DNA of 64,000 nucleotides from the NCBI RefSeq assembly GCF_004010195.1, contig NC_057720.1:22589499-22653498 (forward strand). The letters are read 5' to 3'. Within the stretch, counting starts at the first letter, position 1; every line of letters begins with the position of its first letter. Below, in pieces: positions 12,010 to 25,972 of this stretch. The notes beneath the pieces were generated by a model, which saw nothing but the letters and a program-made list of their open reading frames with translations, made no database searches and was not told where the DNA came from. The DNA comes from Chiloscyllium plagiosum (taxonomy: Eukaryota). The position numbers were made by a program, and so were the translations under genes.

Positions 12010-14475
12010 CAGATGCCTATTAAACATAGTCATTGTCCAGCCTCCACCACTTCCTTTGGCAGATCGTTCCAGAGACAAACCACCCACTGCATGAAAAAGT
12101 TGCCCCTCAGGTCCCTTTTAAATCTTTTCCTGTTCACCTTAACCCTGTTCCCTCTAGTTTTGGACTCCCCTACCCTGGGAAAAATACCATGGCTGTTCAT
12201 CTCTCATGATCCCTCCTGTCCCTCATGATTTTATAAACCTCTATAAGGTCATCCCTTAGACTCCCAAGCTCCAGGGAAAATAAAGGCTCAGCCTACTCAG
12301 CCTCTCCCCATCGTGCAAACCCTCCAATCCCAGCAACATCCTTGTAAACCCTTTCAAGTTTAATAACATCTTTCCTAAAGCAGAGGGACTAGAATTGAAT
12401 GCAATATTTGAAAAGTAGCCGAACCAATATCCTGTACAGCTGCAACATGGCATCACAACTCCTATACTTAATGCACTGTCCAATGAAGGCAAGCATGCTA
12501 AACATTACCTTCACCACCCTGTCTACCTGCAACTCCACTTTCAAGGAAGTATGCACCTGCATCCCTAAATCCCTTTGTTCAGCAACAATCCCCAACCATT
12601 AACTGTATAAGCCTTGCCCTGATTTGCCTTACCAAAGTGCAGCACCTCACATTTATCTAAATTAAACTCCATCTGCCACTTCTCAGCCTATTGGCTCATC
12701 TGATTAAGGTCCCATTGTACTCTGAGGTAACCTTCTTCACTGTCCAATACACATCCAAGTTTGGTGCCATCTGCACACTTACTGACCATTCCTCCTCTAC
12801 TGACATCCAAATCATTTATTTAAATGATGAAAAGCAGTGGGCCCAGTGCCGATTCTTGTGGTACACCGCTGGTCACAGGGCTCCAGTCCAAAAACCAAAG
12901 CTCCACCACCACCCTTTGTCTCCTACCTTCAAGCCAATTTTGTATCCAATTGGCTAGATCCCCCTGGATTCCCTGTGATTAAACCTTGCTAACCTGTCTC
13001 CTATGCGGAAAATTGTCAAATGCATTGCTGAAGAACATTTTGATGTCTTGCCTTTACCAATCTTCTTTGTCACATCTTCAAAAACTTAATCAAATTAGTG
13101 AGAAACATTTTCCCACGCACGAAGCCATGTTAACTATGTCTAATCAGTCCTTCCCTTTCCAAGTGCATGTAAATTCTGTCCCTCATAATCCCCTCCAACA
13201 AAGTATCCATCACTGACATCAGGCTCACCAGTGTTTAGTTCCCTGGCTTTGGCTTACTACTTTTCTTCAATAATGGCACCACGTTAGCCAACCTCTACTC
13301 TTGTTGCACCTCACGTGTGGCTACTAATAATGTAAATATCTCAGCAAGGGGCCCTTGACCTCCTCTTCTGTATTATAGATACTTTTCAAGATATCGCAAT
13401 TTATTTCGCCAAGTTCTCTCACTTTTATATCCTTCTCCACAGTAAATATATATACGAAACCCTTGTTTAGTATTTTACCCATCTCCTGTACTTCCACACG
13501 TCAGCTGCCTCGTTGATCTTTAAGCAACCCTAATCTCTCACTAGTTATTCTTTTTCCCTTAATGTATTTGTAAAATCTCTTGGATTCTCCTCAACCCTAT
13601 TTGCCAAAGCTATCTCATGTCCCTTTTTTCTTCTCCTGATTTCCCTCTCAAGTATACCACTACTGCCCTTATTCACTTCTAGGGATTCACTCGATCCCAG
13701 CTGTCTATATCTTTCATATGCCTCCTTTTTTTACTTGACCAGAACCTCAATTTAATTAATTATTCAGCATTCATTACACCTACCAGTCTTGCCCTTTGTA
13801 CTAACTGGGACATTCTGTCTCTGAACTCTCATTATCTCATTTTTGAAGGCCTCTCCCTTTCCAACCATCCCTTTACCTGCCAATAGCCTCTCCCAAAATT
13901 GACCTGAAATTTCTTGCCTAATAACGTCAAAATTCAATTTCCTCCAATTCAGAACTTTAACATTTAGGACAGGTCAGTCTTTTTCCATCACTATTTAAAA
14001 CTAACAGAATTTTGATCACTGGCCCCAAAGTGCTCTTCCACCAATACCTCAATCACTTGCCCTGCCTTATTTCCCAACAGACGTTCATGTTTTGCTCCTT
14101 CTCCAGTAGGTATATCCATATACTGAATCATGCTCTGTTACACACTTAACAGATTCCTCTCCATCCTAGCCCCTAACACTACGGCAGTCTTAGTCTACGT
14201 TTGGAAAGTTAAAATCTCCTACAATTACAATCCTGTTATTCTTACAGATATTTTGAGATCTTCTTTCATATTTGCTTCTCAATTTCCCTCTGAATATAAG
14301 GGGGCCTAGAGTACAATCCCAATAAGGGGATCATTCTTTTCCTTTTTCTCAATTTCATCTATATAACTTCACTCAACATTCTTCCTGAGTGAAGCTGTAA
14401 TGTGATCCTTAATCAAAAACACTGCTGTCCCTCCTCTCTTGCCCCCTTTCTATCCTTCCTATAGCATCTATACTC
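12010..14475 (-). mobile_element. Long degraded CR1/HER1-like ORF2 fragment (EN-RT-C-terminus)
   Basis: Minus ORFs EQRDLGMQVHTSLKVELQVDRVVK and AFIGQCIKYRS; RT and EN remnants continue to ~14475. Confidence 0.88.
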
Positions 14476-16899
14476 TGTGCAGTCTGAGAACATCATGGTA
14501 TAGCTCATAGCTATTCTTAAAGTAATAATGTGGTTAAACCTTTACTCTATAAATGCCCTTTATTCAGCGCCATCCTCAGAGATGACATCAAGTATCTAAA
14601 AACAACAAGATTCCATCAATGCAAATACATGGAATATTTCTCTCTCATCACTGTGGATTTGATTGGCAACATTGCCAATATTCAATAATTCTGGACTATG
14701 TGAATTATAGATCATTGAAGGATAATTTCTTCCAGTGAATAATTGTTTATAATATCACTGTCACCGAGGCAATCAAACACAAGGCACCCTTAAATGTTTC
14801 AGGTAAAGATTTGTTCCTGAAATGGCAAAACATTACAATTTGAAAACATAGAAATGCCAGTAGAAATGAAACATATTTTTCCTCATCTGGTGTGATAAAA
14901 ACAGAGCCTAGAGGACCAGAAAAGCTCCACGGGACACACACTATAACTCCAGACTGTTGCCAGACACATTTTCCCCTTTCACTCTGATGTCAACATCCAT
15001 TTCTCTAGAGTTAATATAAAGCCCTCAGCTACTATTCTTGACTGCTTCATTTTGCTCTAACTGGTTCATTGTCTTTGGTTATATTCCTGATGGAAGGAAC
15101 AAACCAGAGTCAGTCTTACTTGGGATAAATTTTTTCTCAGATTGAAAGGTTACGAGTATGAATCTCCTGACTCCACTCTCCCAATGTGTCAGCTAAGTAC
15201 CTTTCTTATGCTGAGGTATTTTCGAATTTTCAGAAATATTATTGCACATCTCTAGAGCAGATGGGAACTTGAACCCAGATCTCCTGCCTCAGAGGTAGGG
15301 TCACAACCACTGTTCCACAAGCACCCTTTATATTTACACCATTATGTATCCAATTAATGTCCTCCACCTCCACTTAACCTCAACTGACAAAATTAACACT
15401 CAGTGCCAGACTGGTTCCTGTAATGTGAAGGCTGATTGTTTTTGATGACTCAAGTTCCGCCATCATGTGGTCCTCTCACTCTCAAGCCTGGTTTCAGCCT
15501 GAAAATAGGCACAAAATAACACATCTCGACATCCACATCTGCATTTCGTGATCCAGCCACTTTATTAGTGCAGTCATCACCACAACCCACCATAGATGTA
15601 TGATTGTGGGTTCTATATTAATTTGAAGTAAAATCTTAGTATATCACTATAATTATATTTTTAAACAGCTTAATTTGAATTTCTGCTCGACAGACAGTTA
15701 GCTTAAAAGTAGCTATTTGTGAAGAACTGGTCTTGCTCACTTAAACAGCCTAAATGTATGAAGGAGTCTTGGTTGAAACAACTGAACTATAACATCTAAA
15801 TAAAAATGATGTACTTTGCACAGAGGTTAGTTTGATAACACATTAGATCAGTAGAACAGAACAACCATATTTTGGAAAGTCACATAAAGCAAAGAACTGC
15901 AGATGCTGGCAATCTGAAACAAAGAAAAACAGAAATTGCTGGAGAAACTCAGTAGGTCTGGGAGCATCTTGGACTGTTTTCTCTTCATAACTCCTGCCAG
16001 ATCTGCTGAGTTTCTTCAGTAATTTCTATTTTTGTTTTTCTTTTGAAAAAAACACCCTGACATTCTGCTAGAAACTCTTGATTTTAAGTGCATTAGTTTC
16101 TTGTAATATATAAGTGGATATGGTCATCATGGTAGTAAATGATAAGAAGATGCAATATGATTTGTATAAGTTTTCTGACTCTAAGAGGATGTACCATTTA
16201 TTCACACAGTGAAACATTAGTTCCCGGGACTTACAGAATAATATAATCAGTTTAGCCAAATGACTGCAGCTACGGAGATAGTGTTACACCTGATGACATT
16301 CATCTTAAGCCAAAGGAAAGAGTTAACTTGAACTATATCCTCACAAGGAATGGGAAATTTTCGAAATTAGAAATGTGAGTTGGAAACTCAATTTTTTTTA
16401 AAGCACAGTTATACTTTGACTTCTGCGGTGTTATTTTCTGATACATGGTTCAATGTACCAGCACTGTGAAGAATGGCATAATCTGTGCTGAAAACGGGGA
16501 AGGAATATTGGGCCTTTAGGTTAAGAAAGTTTAATGTTATCTTCCTGGCTTGTTTATGTTATGTATTTATCAGATCTTCCTCAATAAATTCCATTTGATT
16601 CATAAATGCTGGTTATTTGTATTTATTTAGGTCAATCACAACTAAGGACATATTGCTATAAATAAGACTTTGGAATTTAGATTATTTAAGTAAAAGGGTT
16701 TTAGACTTTAAGATTCCTAAACCTTATACTGGCTGATTTCCACAAGTAGTCCATGGCAAAAGCTATTTAAACAGCAGTTATAGTCACACCATATTATGTA
16801 TATGCTGCTTGACTACTGGTCACACGGTTTGTATAACAGGCATCAGGATTGAGCCCCAGTGCAAAATACATTTTTGTGTTACATTTACAGTATGTTGGA

Positions 16900-17126
16900 T
16901 TGAGAAAATGAGGATTACAGATGCTGGAGATCAGAGTCAAGATTAGAGCGGTGCTGGAAAAGCACAGCAGGTCAGGCAGCATCTGAGGAGTACGAAAATC
17001 AATGTTTCGGGCAAAAGCCCTTCATCAGGAATGAAGGGCTTTTGCCCAAAATGTTGATTTTCCTGCTCCTCAGATGCTGCCTGACCTGCTGTGCTTTTCC
17101 AGCACCGCTCTAGTCTTGAGAAAATG
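16900..17126. mobile_element. Short fold-back Penelope-derived element, family A
   Basis: About 85-bp inverted arms centred on ttcatcaggaatgaa; 11-bp direct repeat ttgagaaaatg at 16900-16910 and 17116-17126. Confidence 0.85.
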
Positions 17127-19287
17127 TTGAACCCAGTTCATCTCAAAGAGAACCTTAAGAGTAGCCACTTGAGACAGGTACTGGAGATCTTATAAAAATG
17201 AAAATGCACATAAGCACAAACTAGAGTCTTCAGAAAACAGATTGCTGAGGCTCTAATTCAGTTTAAATATGTAAGTGGGTAATTTCTAACAACAACACAG
17301 TTTTTCAATGGAGTAGCATTTGCTATCAGGCCTTATTAAATAATTTTGATGACGATTGATTTATTGTCACATGTACCGAGGTACAGTGAAAAGATTTGTT
17401 TTTGAGCAGTTGCAATTCCACTGGGTACGATTCCTGGTTCTTTCTGTCAGAATTGCAATGGTAGCCTCCCACAGGCAGGTGAAAAGAGTCTCATTACCTT
17501 CATGTTAAACGTTGGCTTGCCCACAGCTCCACCATTTCGCACTATATCGATGCCCAAAGCCACTCCAATTGATGTAATCACCAGTCAAACATACACCAGT
17601 TCTGCTAATCTGAAGTTACAAGTCCAGAACTTCAGCTTAGCACGTGCATTATTTAAATGGAGTTGTTACTGCGTTAGTAGGAATGGCCATCAACTCTGAG
17701 AATTTGACTCACCTCAGTTTTAATGATTTCTTCAGCATAGAATTTTTAAAGTTTTTTTTTAGTTGGTATTTTCTCTACCTACCCTTCCAGCTGCCTTCTG
17801 ATTCAAAATAGTACAAATGTTACGTAAAAACCACAGATGGAGAAATAAAGACAGACGAAGTGAGACAATGAGAAAAGAGAGACAGTGTGTATAAAACAAC
17901 TTAAGAAGTATGCAAGGGAAAGAGAGATGAGGACTGAAGTCTACACAAAGACAGTGGGGAAATTTGGAGAAGTAATGATCATGCAAGTAAGGTGGTGTTT
18001 GGTAGGGTAGGGAGATGTTGGAGGGAGGTAGTGTGTGGTGGGAGTTCAAAGGGATTTTGCCCTTAACATCTCTGACAATCCTGGCAGCCTTGTTACATGC
18101 TGTGGGCTCCCTCCCAAAGCTGGTGAAGTATCAGTGAATGAAAGAGCTCCTAAATAGACCATTAAAGGATGTTGACAGACCTAGGGGAAGATAGGCAACT
18201 CACCACATCTGATTAAGCCCAGCAGAGGCAGGAAGGTCATGAGCATGGCAACTTCTACCCTCTCCTCATCCTATACTGCACCCTACATCTCCCAGAGACA
18301 TGCCAGATGACAGACATAAAATTTCAGCAAGGGAAAGAGAAATGATCAAAGCAGATGGAGGAATAGATTGAATGTACATGTGGGATAAACTGATGAAGCA
18401 GCAAAAGGAAATAAAATAACTGTAAGAATCAACAAAGGTAAATGAAGTGTTATAAAAGCAAATTACTGCGGATGCTGGAATCTGAAACCAAAAGAGAAAA
18501 TGCTGGAAAATCTCAGCAGGTTTGGCAGAATCTGTAAGGAGAGAAAAGAGTTGACATTTTGAGTCTAACTGACCCTTTGTCAAATGAAGTGCTATGATGG
18601 CAGCTGATGGCAATGCTGACAAGCCAGATTCCCAAGAGAAATCTGGCTAGGTAGATTGTAAGTTTTAGTTTTGCACTTAGCTTGTTGTGGCGTTCAGGCA
18701 CGAGCATGTTCATGCCAGGCTGACAGAGTTCTTTCAACAAAAGATCTGTGTTTATTATACAAAAAAAACTCTCTATAAAAGACAACATAGAAAGATCTTA
18801 ACATAAACAAAAGAAAAAGAAAATTATCAACCATTTCCTCAGCAAAATCCTTTACAGTCACTCAATGCAGGTGAAATTCCATTCCTATCCCAGCAGTTTT
18901 CTCATTTAAATTATTCTTTTGGGTTCTGATAACTTGGATCTCTCCTCAATTCTGATGGCCTGGACTCCTTTTCAGTTCTGACAGCTTGAGGATTTACACA
19001 AAGTTAGAAAAACTTTCCTTCTACAATGATTTCTTCCTAATTCAATCTATTAGTAGCCTCTGTCTATTTGATTTCTCCTATATGTTGTTAAAATTCAACT
19101 TCATAAATGTTTCGTCAAGTCAGCTGACACAATCATTAACTTAAGTTACATACTTACTGGGAAATTTTGTTTGAACGCACAATTTGAAGTTACTTTATGA
19201 CCTCATAAAAAGTCACTTTCACAGAATTAAAATCAATGTTTATTTACCTTCATTTGAAAGTCCAAATTCCTAAATGATAACAATATA

Positions 19288-19556
19288 TTAGATTCCCTAC
19301 AGTGTGAAAACAGGCCCTTCTGCTTAACCAGCCCACACCGACCCAAAGAGTAACCCACCCCCCTCTGACTAATGTACCTAACACTATGGACAATTTAGCA
19401 TGGCCAACTCACCTGACCTGCATATCTTTGGACTGTGGGAGGAAACCCATGCAGAGGATGTGCAAACTCCACACAGACAGTCCCCTGAGGCTGGAATCGA
19501 ACCTGGGATCCTGGTGCTGTGAGGCAGCAGTGCTAACCACTGAGCCACCATGCCCT
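19288..19556 (-). mobile_element. HE1 (V-SINE)
   Basis: tRNA-like head ggtggctcagtggttagcactgctgcctcacag, V domain and CR1-type tail, on the minus strand. Confidence 0.9.
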
Positions 19557-19611
19557 CCACATGAAACATAACCATATAAGAAAGAATTCATGAGCGTGGG
19601 AGAGTTTAGCT

Positions 19612-19985
19612 CTATTCATTCATGGCACATGGGCATTGCTGGCTGGCCTTGGTTGCTCTTGAGGAGACATGCTGAGTTGCCTTCTTGAACTTCTGTCGTC
19701 CATCTAGTGTTGATACACCCAGAATGCCCTCAGGGAGAGAGTTCCAGGATTTTGATGCAGCAACAATGAAGGAACAGCAATATATTTCTAAGTAAGAATC
19801 GTGAGTGCTTGAAGGGAAATTTGTAAGTTGTGGCATTCCCATTTATATATCAAGAATTTTATTTGCCATTTGTCAGCCCAAAACTGGATATTGTTTAGGT
19901 CTTGCTGCAAATGGACATGGACTGCTTCAGTATCTGAGAAGCTATGAACAGTGCTGAACATTACATATTCCATTACACTGATGGT
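19612..19985 (-). mobile_element. CR1-group LINE 3' fragment (second lineage; related pieces at ~1810-2150 and ~37552-37910)
   Basis: CCSFIVAASKSWNSLPEGILGVSTLDGRQKFKKA and LQQDLNNIQFWADKWQIKF. Confidence 0.75.
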
Positions 19986-19989
19986 TGTC

Positions 19990-20380
19990 AATGAACAGAA
20001 ACTAGTGCAAAAATATAACAAAACCAGGAAGTATATAGAGACAGAATATATAGGAGAGTTGGAAATAGACAGGATAAAGATCACAATATAGAAGCAAAAA
20101 GAGATGCAACATAAATAAAAGAAGCAATTGGAGATAGAAGAAATAAATAAAGGTGGGAGAAGGAGAGAAATGATAAAAATAGAATGGACAAAGAGAGAGA
20201 GAGAAAAAGAAACAAAGACAATGAGAGGGACGATGCAAGAGGAAGTGTGAAACCCAGGAGGAGAAAAAACATTGAAAGTTAAATGGAGAATGAAAATGAG
20301 CATGAAAGATCCAGAGACAGAAAACTACACAACCACCCAGAAAGGAAGAGAGAACGACTCAACATTCAGTGAAAATGGTG
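19990..20380. repeat. Purine (A/G)-rich low-complexity tract
   Basis: Strong A/G bias; gives spurious F/L/S-rich minus ORFs. Confidence 0.8.
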
Positions 20381-22171
20381 AAGAATTTCCATATCTATTG
20401 AAATATCATACTAGTCCTACCAAATCAGCAAAAATATTTAAATCCCTAAATAGTACATTTAAAAAGATAGCACCAGAAGCAAAATTTCAACACTTTATAA
20501 CTGACTAGTACTTTCACTTTCACAAACCAGGCAAAAGAGGCAAATTAGTTATTTTAGTCTCCAGTAGCACTAGAGTTTGTATGTGGATGTAATAAATTAT
20601 CGAAGAAAAACACTACAGTTCCTGCTGTGCTTTTCTTATTATTCCATGGAAAACTGTATTATGGTCTTGTGCTGATTAGTACATCACCGCAAGACGGCAG
20701 GGACCACATAATTTCAATTATAGTAAAAATAAAAGATGTCTTTAATCAAGCGATTCATGTCAACTTTGCCACTGCAGTACGAGTCAAATTGAAAATGCGA
20801 TCCAAAATAGTATTCCTTAAAATCAACTGTAAAACAGTTTCCATTTCAATTTTAAAAAGTTATTTTGCAGCATTTACACAAAGAGCATATTTTCTGTATT
20901 TTTGTTTTCATATTTACAGTCTGTTTGAAATGAAAAAGGAAGACTTTGCGATATACAAATATATGAAATGTCAGTCAAATGACCAAAGTACTTTCAAATT
21001 TAAAGGCCTTCAGAAACAAATGTAATTAGAATACGGTGCAAATTAATGTTAAATTAGCATAAAGACTCGTAGAATTAGGCATCCCATTTAAACATATTTC
21101 TGAGGTTTGACTTCTTAGGATTCCTTGCTTGTCTGCCCTGCAGTAAATCTTCATAGCGTACCAGATCAGAATAAAGCTCAGCGTTACTTGAAAACGCTGT
21201 TTGCAATAACAGCTGGTGATCTCTTGAAACAGGTCTTAGACCTATTGTTGTACGTTGAAACATACAGAGAACTAGTATTTTACTTAGTAACTTTATGTAT
21301 AAATGACTTATAGATATGTACTATAGACAGAAATAATGAAAAAAATGCAGCCATCAATTCAAAGGTTTTATTTTACGGTACAATTCAGCAAACTGTGATG
21401 TTTAACTTCGGCTGAAAGCACACACATAATGCTTCATGTCCAGACTTATTTTTTCTGCCACATTGTGAAACAAGATAGGGAAGACAGTCTTCGGATTGGA
21501 TGAGTGAGAAAATAGGCCAGCATCATAAACAAGTTGGCATCTGGGGGAACAAATGTTAACTTCAAAGAGCAAGTAGGTTTGAAAGGGAGCGGATGGTTAA
21601 AAGCTCTAAAATTGGCAACCTATCAGACATCTCCAACCCTCCAGCTTAAGCAGTTAACTGTAGCACGTTTGGCCGGGTGTGAAAAACTGCCTAAATTTGT
21701 CGGTTGCCAATTCAATGATGCCAAGCAATAATTAACAGCTATGTTAACAGGGTCTTTCAATTTCAACTGTGGGTGCATGAGTTTCCCAGGCTTTCTGAAA
21801 CTCACCAGCATAAGCGAGTCAAGAACACAGCAGCAATTAAGGATGCTGAATAAATTGGAGGCAAAAGAATCCCTAAAGCACTGCAGCCTGATTTCAGCTT
21901 CTTTGCCTAGGTTCTGTTCAGAAATCTTGTCCTCCTTTTGAAGTTAATTCTACTGCATTGGAGCAGATTTGGCTTGATTGTGGATTTTTGAGGCTGATCA
22001 CCATTTTCAATTTTCGATATATCACCCGAATGGATGCCACCTACACTGCTCGATTTCAAACCTCAAATGATCCAGATCAGCAGCAACAAAAATAACTTGA
22101 GCAGCAAGTGTGGCCACACTATGCTACCGACAGATCTACTCCTCCACAGGAGAAAGAGGATGAGTACAAGA

Positions 22172-22690
22172 TTTAGAATTACAGCACAGAAGGAGCCCAC
22201 TTAAGCCAGACTTGTGTGTGCCATTCTCTGTGACAGCAACTCAGGTAGTTCCACTCCCCTTGCTGCTTCCCTCCAGCTCCACGATGGTTTTTCTCTTCAG
22301 ATAATGATTCAATTCCCTTTTGAAAGTCACAATGTAATCTGTCTCCACAACAGTCTCAAGCAGTACATTCCAGATTCGCACCATTCTCTTAACAGGAAAG
22401 TATTTTCTCATGTCACCTCTTGTTCTTTTTACCAATCACCTGAAATCAGTGTCAGCTGGCTCTCAATCCTTCCACCAATAGAAATTCTTTCTCCCTATCT
22501 GTAGCATCCAGACCTCTCGTGACTCCTAATGTCTCTATCAAATCTCCTCATGAACTTCTCTAAGGAGAGCAATCCCAGCTTCACCATCCTATCCACATAA
22601 CTGAAGTCCTTGTCCCACTAATCTTTTTTGCACCCTGTCTAATATCTACACGTCTTTATATAAGTGTGGTGCTCAGACTGGGCATAATGG
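22172..22690 (-). mobile_element. CR1 3' fragment
   Basis: RTRGDMRKYFPVKRMVRIWNVLLETVVETDYIVTFKRELNHYL. Confidence 0.8.
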
Positions 22691-24214
22691 ACCCACTCCT
22701 CCAAATTGAAGGTAATTGTGGAGACATAGACAGTGTTGTTTGCTAGGACTTTGCGGACATCCTGACGCAGCTGACTAAACAAGAATTGCCTTGAAAGTTT
22801 AAACTTCTATTGGACAATGACCTAGCATCTGGAACCATGGAAAAGAGTTAGAGTCGGAGACTTCAGAGTGTTCTGACTGACTTAAACTAATTGACTACTC
22901 AGAAAAGGTTAGAAGAATTACAATCTCACTTCAGGAAATGAATCAAACCACCCCCAACCAGCACTGACTACCTCCAAGAATACCAAGATGTCTCCACTTG
23001 CTGTATTCTCTCCATCCTCCCATGACACCTGGTTCCTGTCACAGAACTTGATCAACCCTCTCCTCCTGAGACTCTCCCATGCACACAAACTTACAGGATA
23101 CCTCCAGTCCTCAAGACCCCATTCCCCTAACCTGCCCAGTGTACTCAGACATTGCATACCACCCACACTCATAACCCACCCAAACAGGCCATCTCACTCG
23201 CACCTTAGCCCCATCTCCTACCCTAGCTGGCACCTAGTCCCTCATATACCTGGCACCCTAGCCCCCAAATGCCACACTATTTATTCACCCAGCTGGCACT
23301 CTGACTGTTTCACAGGACACCCTGTAATCCCCCATCCCCTCCAACACTCTATCTGTTCGCTCACATTGCACTCCAGTCCCTCAATGATCTTTGTTGTCAA
23401 AGTGGTTTCAGGACTTCAAAATTTGGAACACAGTAATGTTGAAAAAGGGATATGGTTTCACCTCTAACTCTCTCCATGGCTTGCCACATCGACATCTGAC
23501 CGAGACTGCACTGCTTCAGCTGAGATGGCTCCTTGTGATAAAAGTTGATTTGAGAACATTTATAAATGTATGATTTTGTTCTGAATCGGAAGTAAGTTTT
23601 CTGACCCTGATCAGAAGAACTCAGCTAATATTCCAGTTGCGGCTAAATCAATGCTTTATAAATATTCACCATAATGTATGTTCTTTTGAACTCTATTCTT
23701 CTATTCATAAAGCTCAAGATCCAATATGCCATGATAACTATTTTCTCAAAATCTTTTATCTCCTTCTATGATTTACTTGAGGATATACTGCCAGGTTATT
23801 CTGCTTTTGGTCTGCCTTTTGAATTATACATTTAAATTTTATTGTGAATATGTATTTATATTTAAGGATTATCTAGAAAATAACTGGAAGATTTTTGAAT
23901 GGTTTGGGCATCCATTGGACTGAAAGGAGATTTTACCATGCAATTTTTGGGTGTGTAATGTATATTATAAGCCAACTACAGATTACTGAAAATCAAGGTA
24001 CATCAGTGAAATCAATAAGAAAAGCTTTTAAGGAGACAAATGATGGGCTTTCTTGCCTTAAATACTGGGACAAACCTAGCTTAGAGAGTACTCGGGACAC
24101 TGGTCTAATAGTTGCGTAGCAACACTCTTTGTCTTGGTGTTCTAAAAGACGCCCCAGAAGTCGGTCGGTTTCTGTCTCTCTCTCTCTATCTCTCTCTGCC
24201 TCTCTCGTCCAGTG

Positions 24215-24706
24215 AAAATATATAGCGAGATCTCAGTTATATGTAAGCATAATACAGTTGTAACAATGGATGATTTTAATTTTCCAAACATTGACTGGGG
24301 CTGCCACAGTGTTAAGGGTTTGGATGGTGAAGTGTGTTCAACAAAATTTTATTTTTTAATGTTTGGATGCTCCTACTAGAGCAGGAACAAAACTAGACCT
24401 TCTTTTGGGCAATAATGCAGCGCAGGTGACTGAAATAAAAGTAGGGGAACACTGGGTCTCATGATTATAATTCTTTTAGTTTCAAAATGGTTATGGAAAA
24501 GGATAAGCCTTCCATAAAAGTTAAAGATTTTTATTGGAGGAAGGCAAATTTTGATGGCATGAGACAAGAACTTTCAAAAGTTAACTGGAGTAGAGTGTTT
24601 GTGGGTAAAAGGATACCTGAAAAGTGGAAGGCTTTCAAGAGTGTGTTGATGAGAGTTCAGAAACATAATGTTCCTGTCAGGGTGAAGGGTAAGACTGGTA
24701 AGATAA
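24215..24706 (+). mobile_element. CR1 ORF2 endonuclease/linker fragment
   Basis: DDFNFPNIDW and WRKANFDGMRQELSKVNW. Confidence 0.8.
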
Positions 24707-25146
24707 GAGTCATAGAGTCATAGAGATGTACAGCATGGAAACAGACCTTTCGGTCCAACCCTTCCATGCCGACCAGATATTCCAACCCAATCTAGTCCCA
24801 CCTGCCAGCACCCAGCCCATTTTCCTCCAAACCCTTCCTATTCATATACCCATCCAAATGCCTCTTTAATGTTGCAACTGTACCAGTCTCCACCACTTCC
24901 TCTGGCAGCTCATTCCATACACGTACCACCCTCTGTGTGAAAAAGTTACCCCGTAGGTCTCTTTTATATCTTACCCCTCTCACCCTAAACCTATGCCTTC
25001 TAGTTCTGGACTCCCCAACCCAGGGGAAAGACTTTGTCTATTTACCTTTTCCATGCCCCTCATAATTTTGTAAACCTCTAGAAGGTTACCCCTCAGCCTC
25101 CAATGCTCCAGGGAAAACAGCCCCAGCCTGTTCAGATTCTCCCTAT
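24707..25146 (-). mobile_element. Young HER1-like CR1 3' end with (ACTCTATG)n tail
   Basis: RDLRGNFFTQRVVRVWNELPEEVVETGTVATLKRHLDGYM; terminal gagtcatagagtcatagag. Confidence 0.9.
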
Positions 25147-25815
25147 CCTCCTATTTTCTATGTCTCCATGAGGCAAGGACCTTTATTTTCCACACTGAGA
25201 AATGTTCCTCACCCACTTTCGCAGAAGGTGGGACTAGTTAGTTTGGGATTATGTTCAGCATGGACTAGTTGGACCGAAGGTTCTGTTTCCATGGTGAATG
25301 ACTCTATGACTCTGTAAATGTAAAAAGGATGGGAAGCTTTAGGATGGCACAGTAGCTACCATAACATAGACAGGAAAAGATTGCATTGTCCCACCAACAC
25401 TGCAGACCCCCACTTTTGGTTCATTTTAAAATGGTGCAGGGAGTCACAGCAAGAAGACAAAAAAGAAACCAAAAAAATTAGAAAAATTTAAGAAATCAAA
25501 AATGTGCAAGATATGGAAGTGACATTGCTGGGCAGAATGAAAGGATCATTTGGAAGCTGTTGTATGCAGAAATTTTAGCTGATGGACATAGAACATATTT
25601 TAAACTGGGTACTCGTGTTGGAGTTTTGGTTCTTTCTGATGCTGAAGTTTGGTTTGAGTCAGACTTTCTGCAGCCATCAAGTGTAGATCTCCATGGATTT
25701 GCAAAATCATGAGACTGAATCATAATGCCACACTTCAATATAAATAGATGAAATTCACAGAAACTTAATATGTAATTCAGATTAAAGATTCTTCATTTTT
25801 AAGTAGAGTTCCTTT

Positions 25816-25972
25816 GATGTGCAGGTCAGGTGAATTGGCCATGCTAAATTACCCAGAGTGTTAGGTGTATTAGTCAGGGGTAAATACAGGGTGTGAGTGG
25901 GTTACTCTTCAGAGGGTCAGTGTTGGCTTGTTGGGTCGAAGGGCCTGTTTCCATAGGGAATCTAATCTAATC
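25816..25972 (+). mobile_element. HE1 SINE, 3' half
   Basis: gatgtgcaggtcaggtgaattggccatgctaaatt...gaagggcctgtttcc, ending in (aatct)n. Confidence 0.85.

Noticed and set aside
14662..14679. Palindrome attggcaa-ca-ttgccaat as an NFI site
   Set aside because: The half-sites are 6 nt apart rather than the canonical 5; isolated motif.
14747..14816. Possible alternative terminal DPYD exon (ttttgccatttcag|G AAC AAA...; RNKSLPETFKGALCLIASVTVIL*), in frame with exon 3
   Set aside because: Only 23 codons, no homology to DPYD, and such acceptors are common in large introns. Needs spliced reads.
21075..21263. Candidate DPYD exon 4 (contains IAN codons)
   Set aside because: No frame gives CLKCADAPCQKSCP; the match is incidental.
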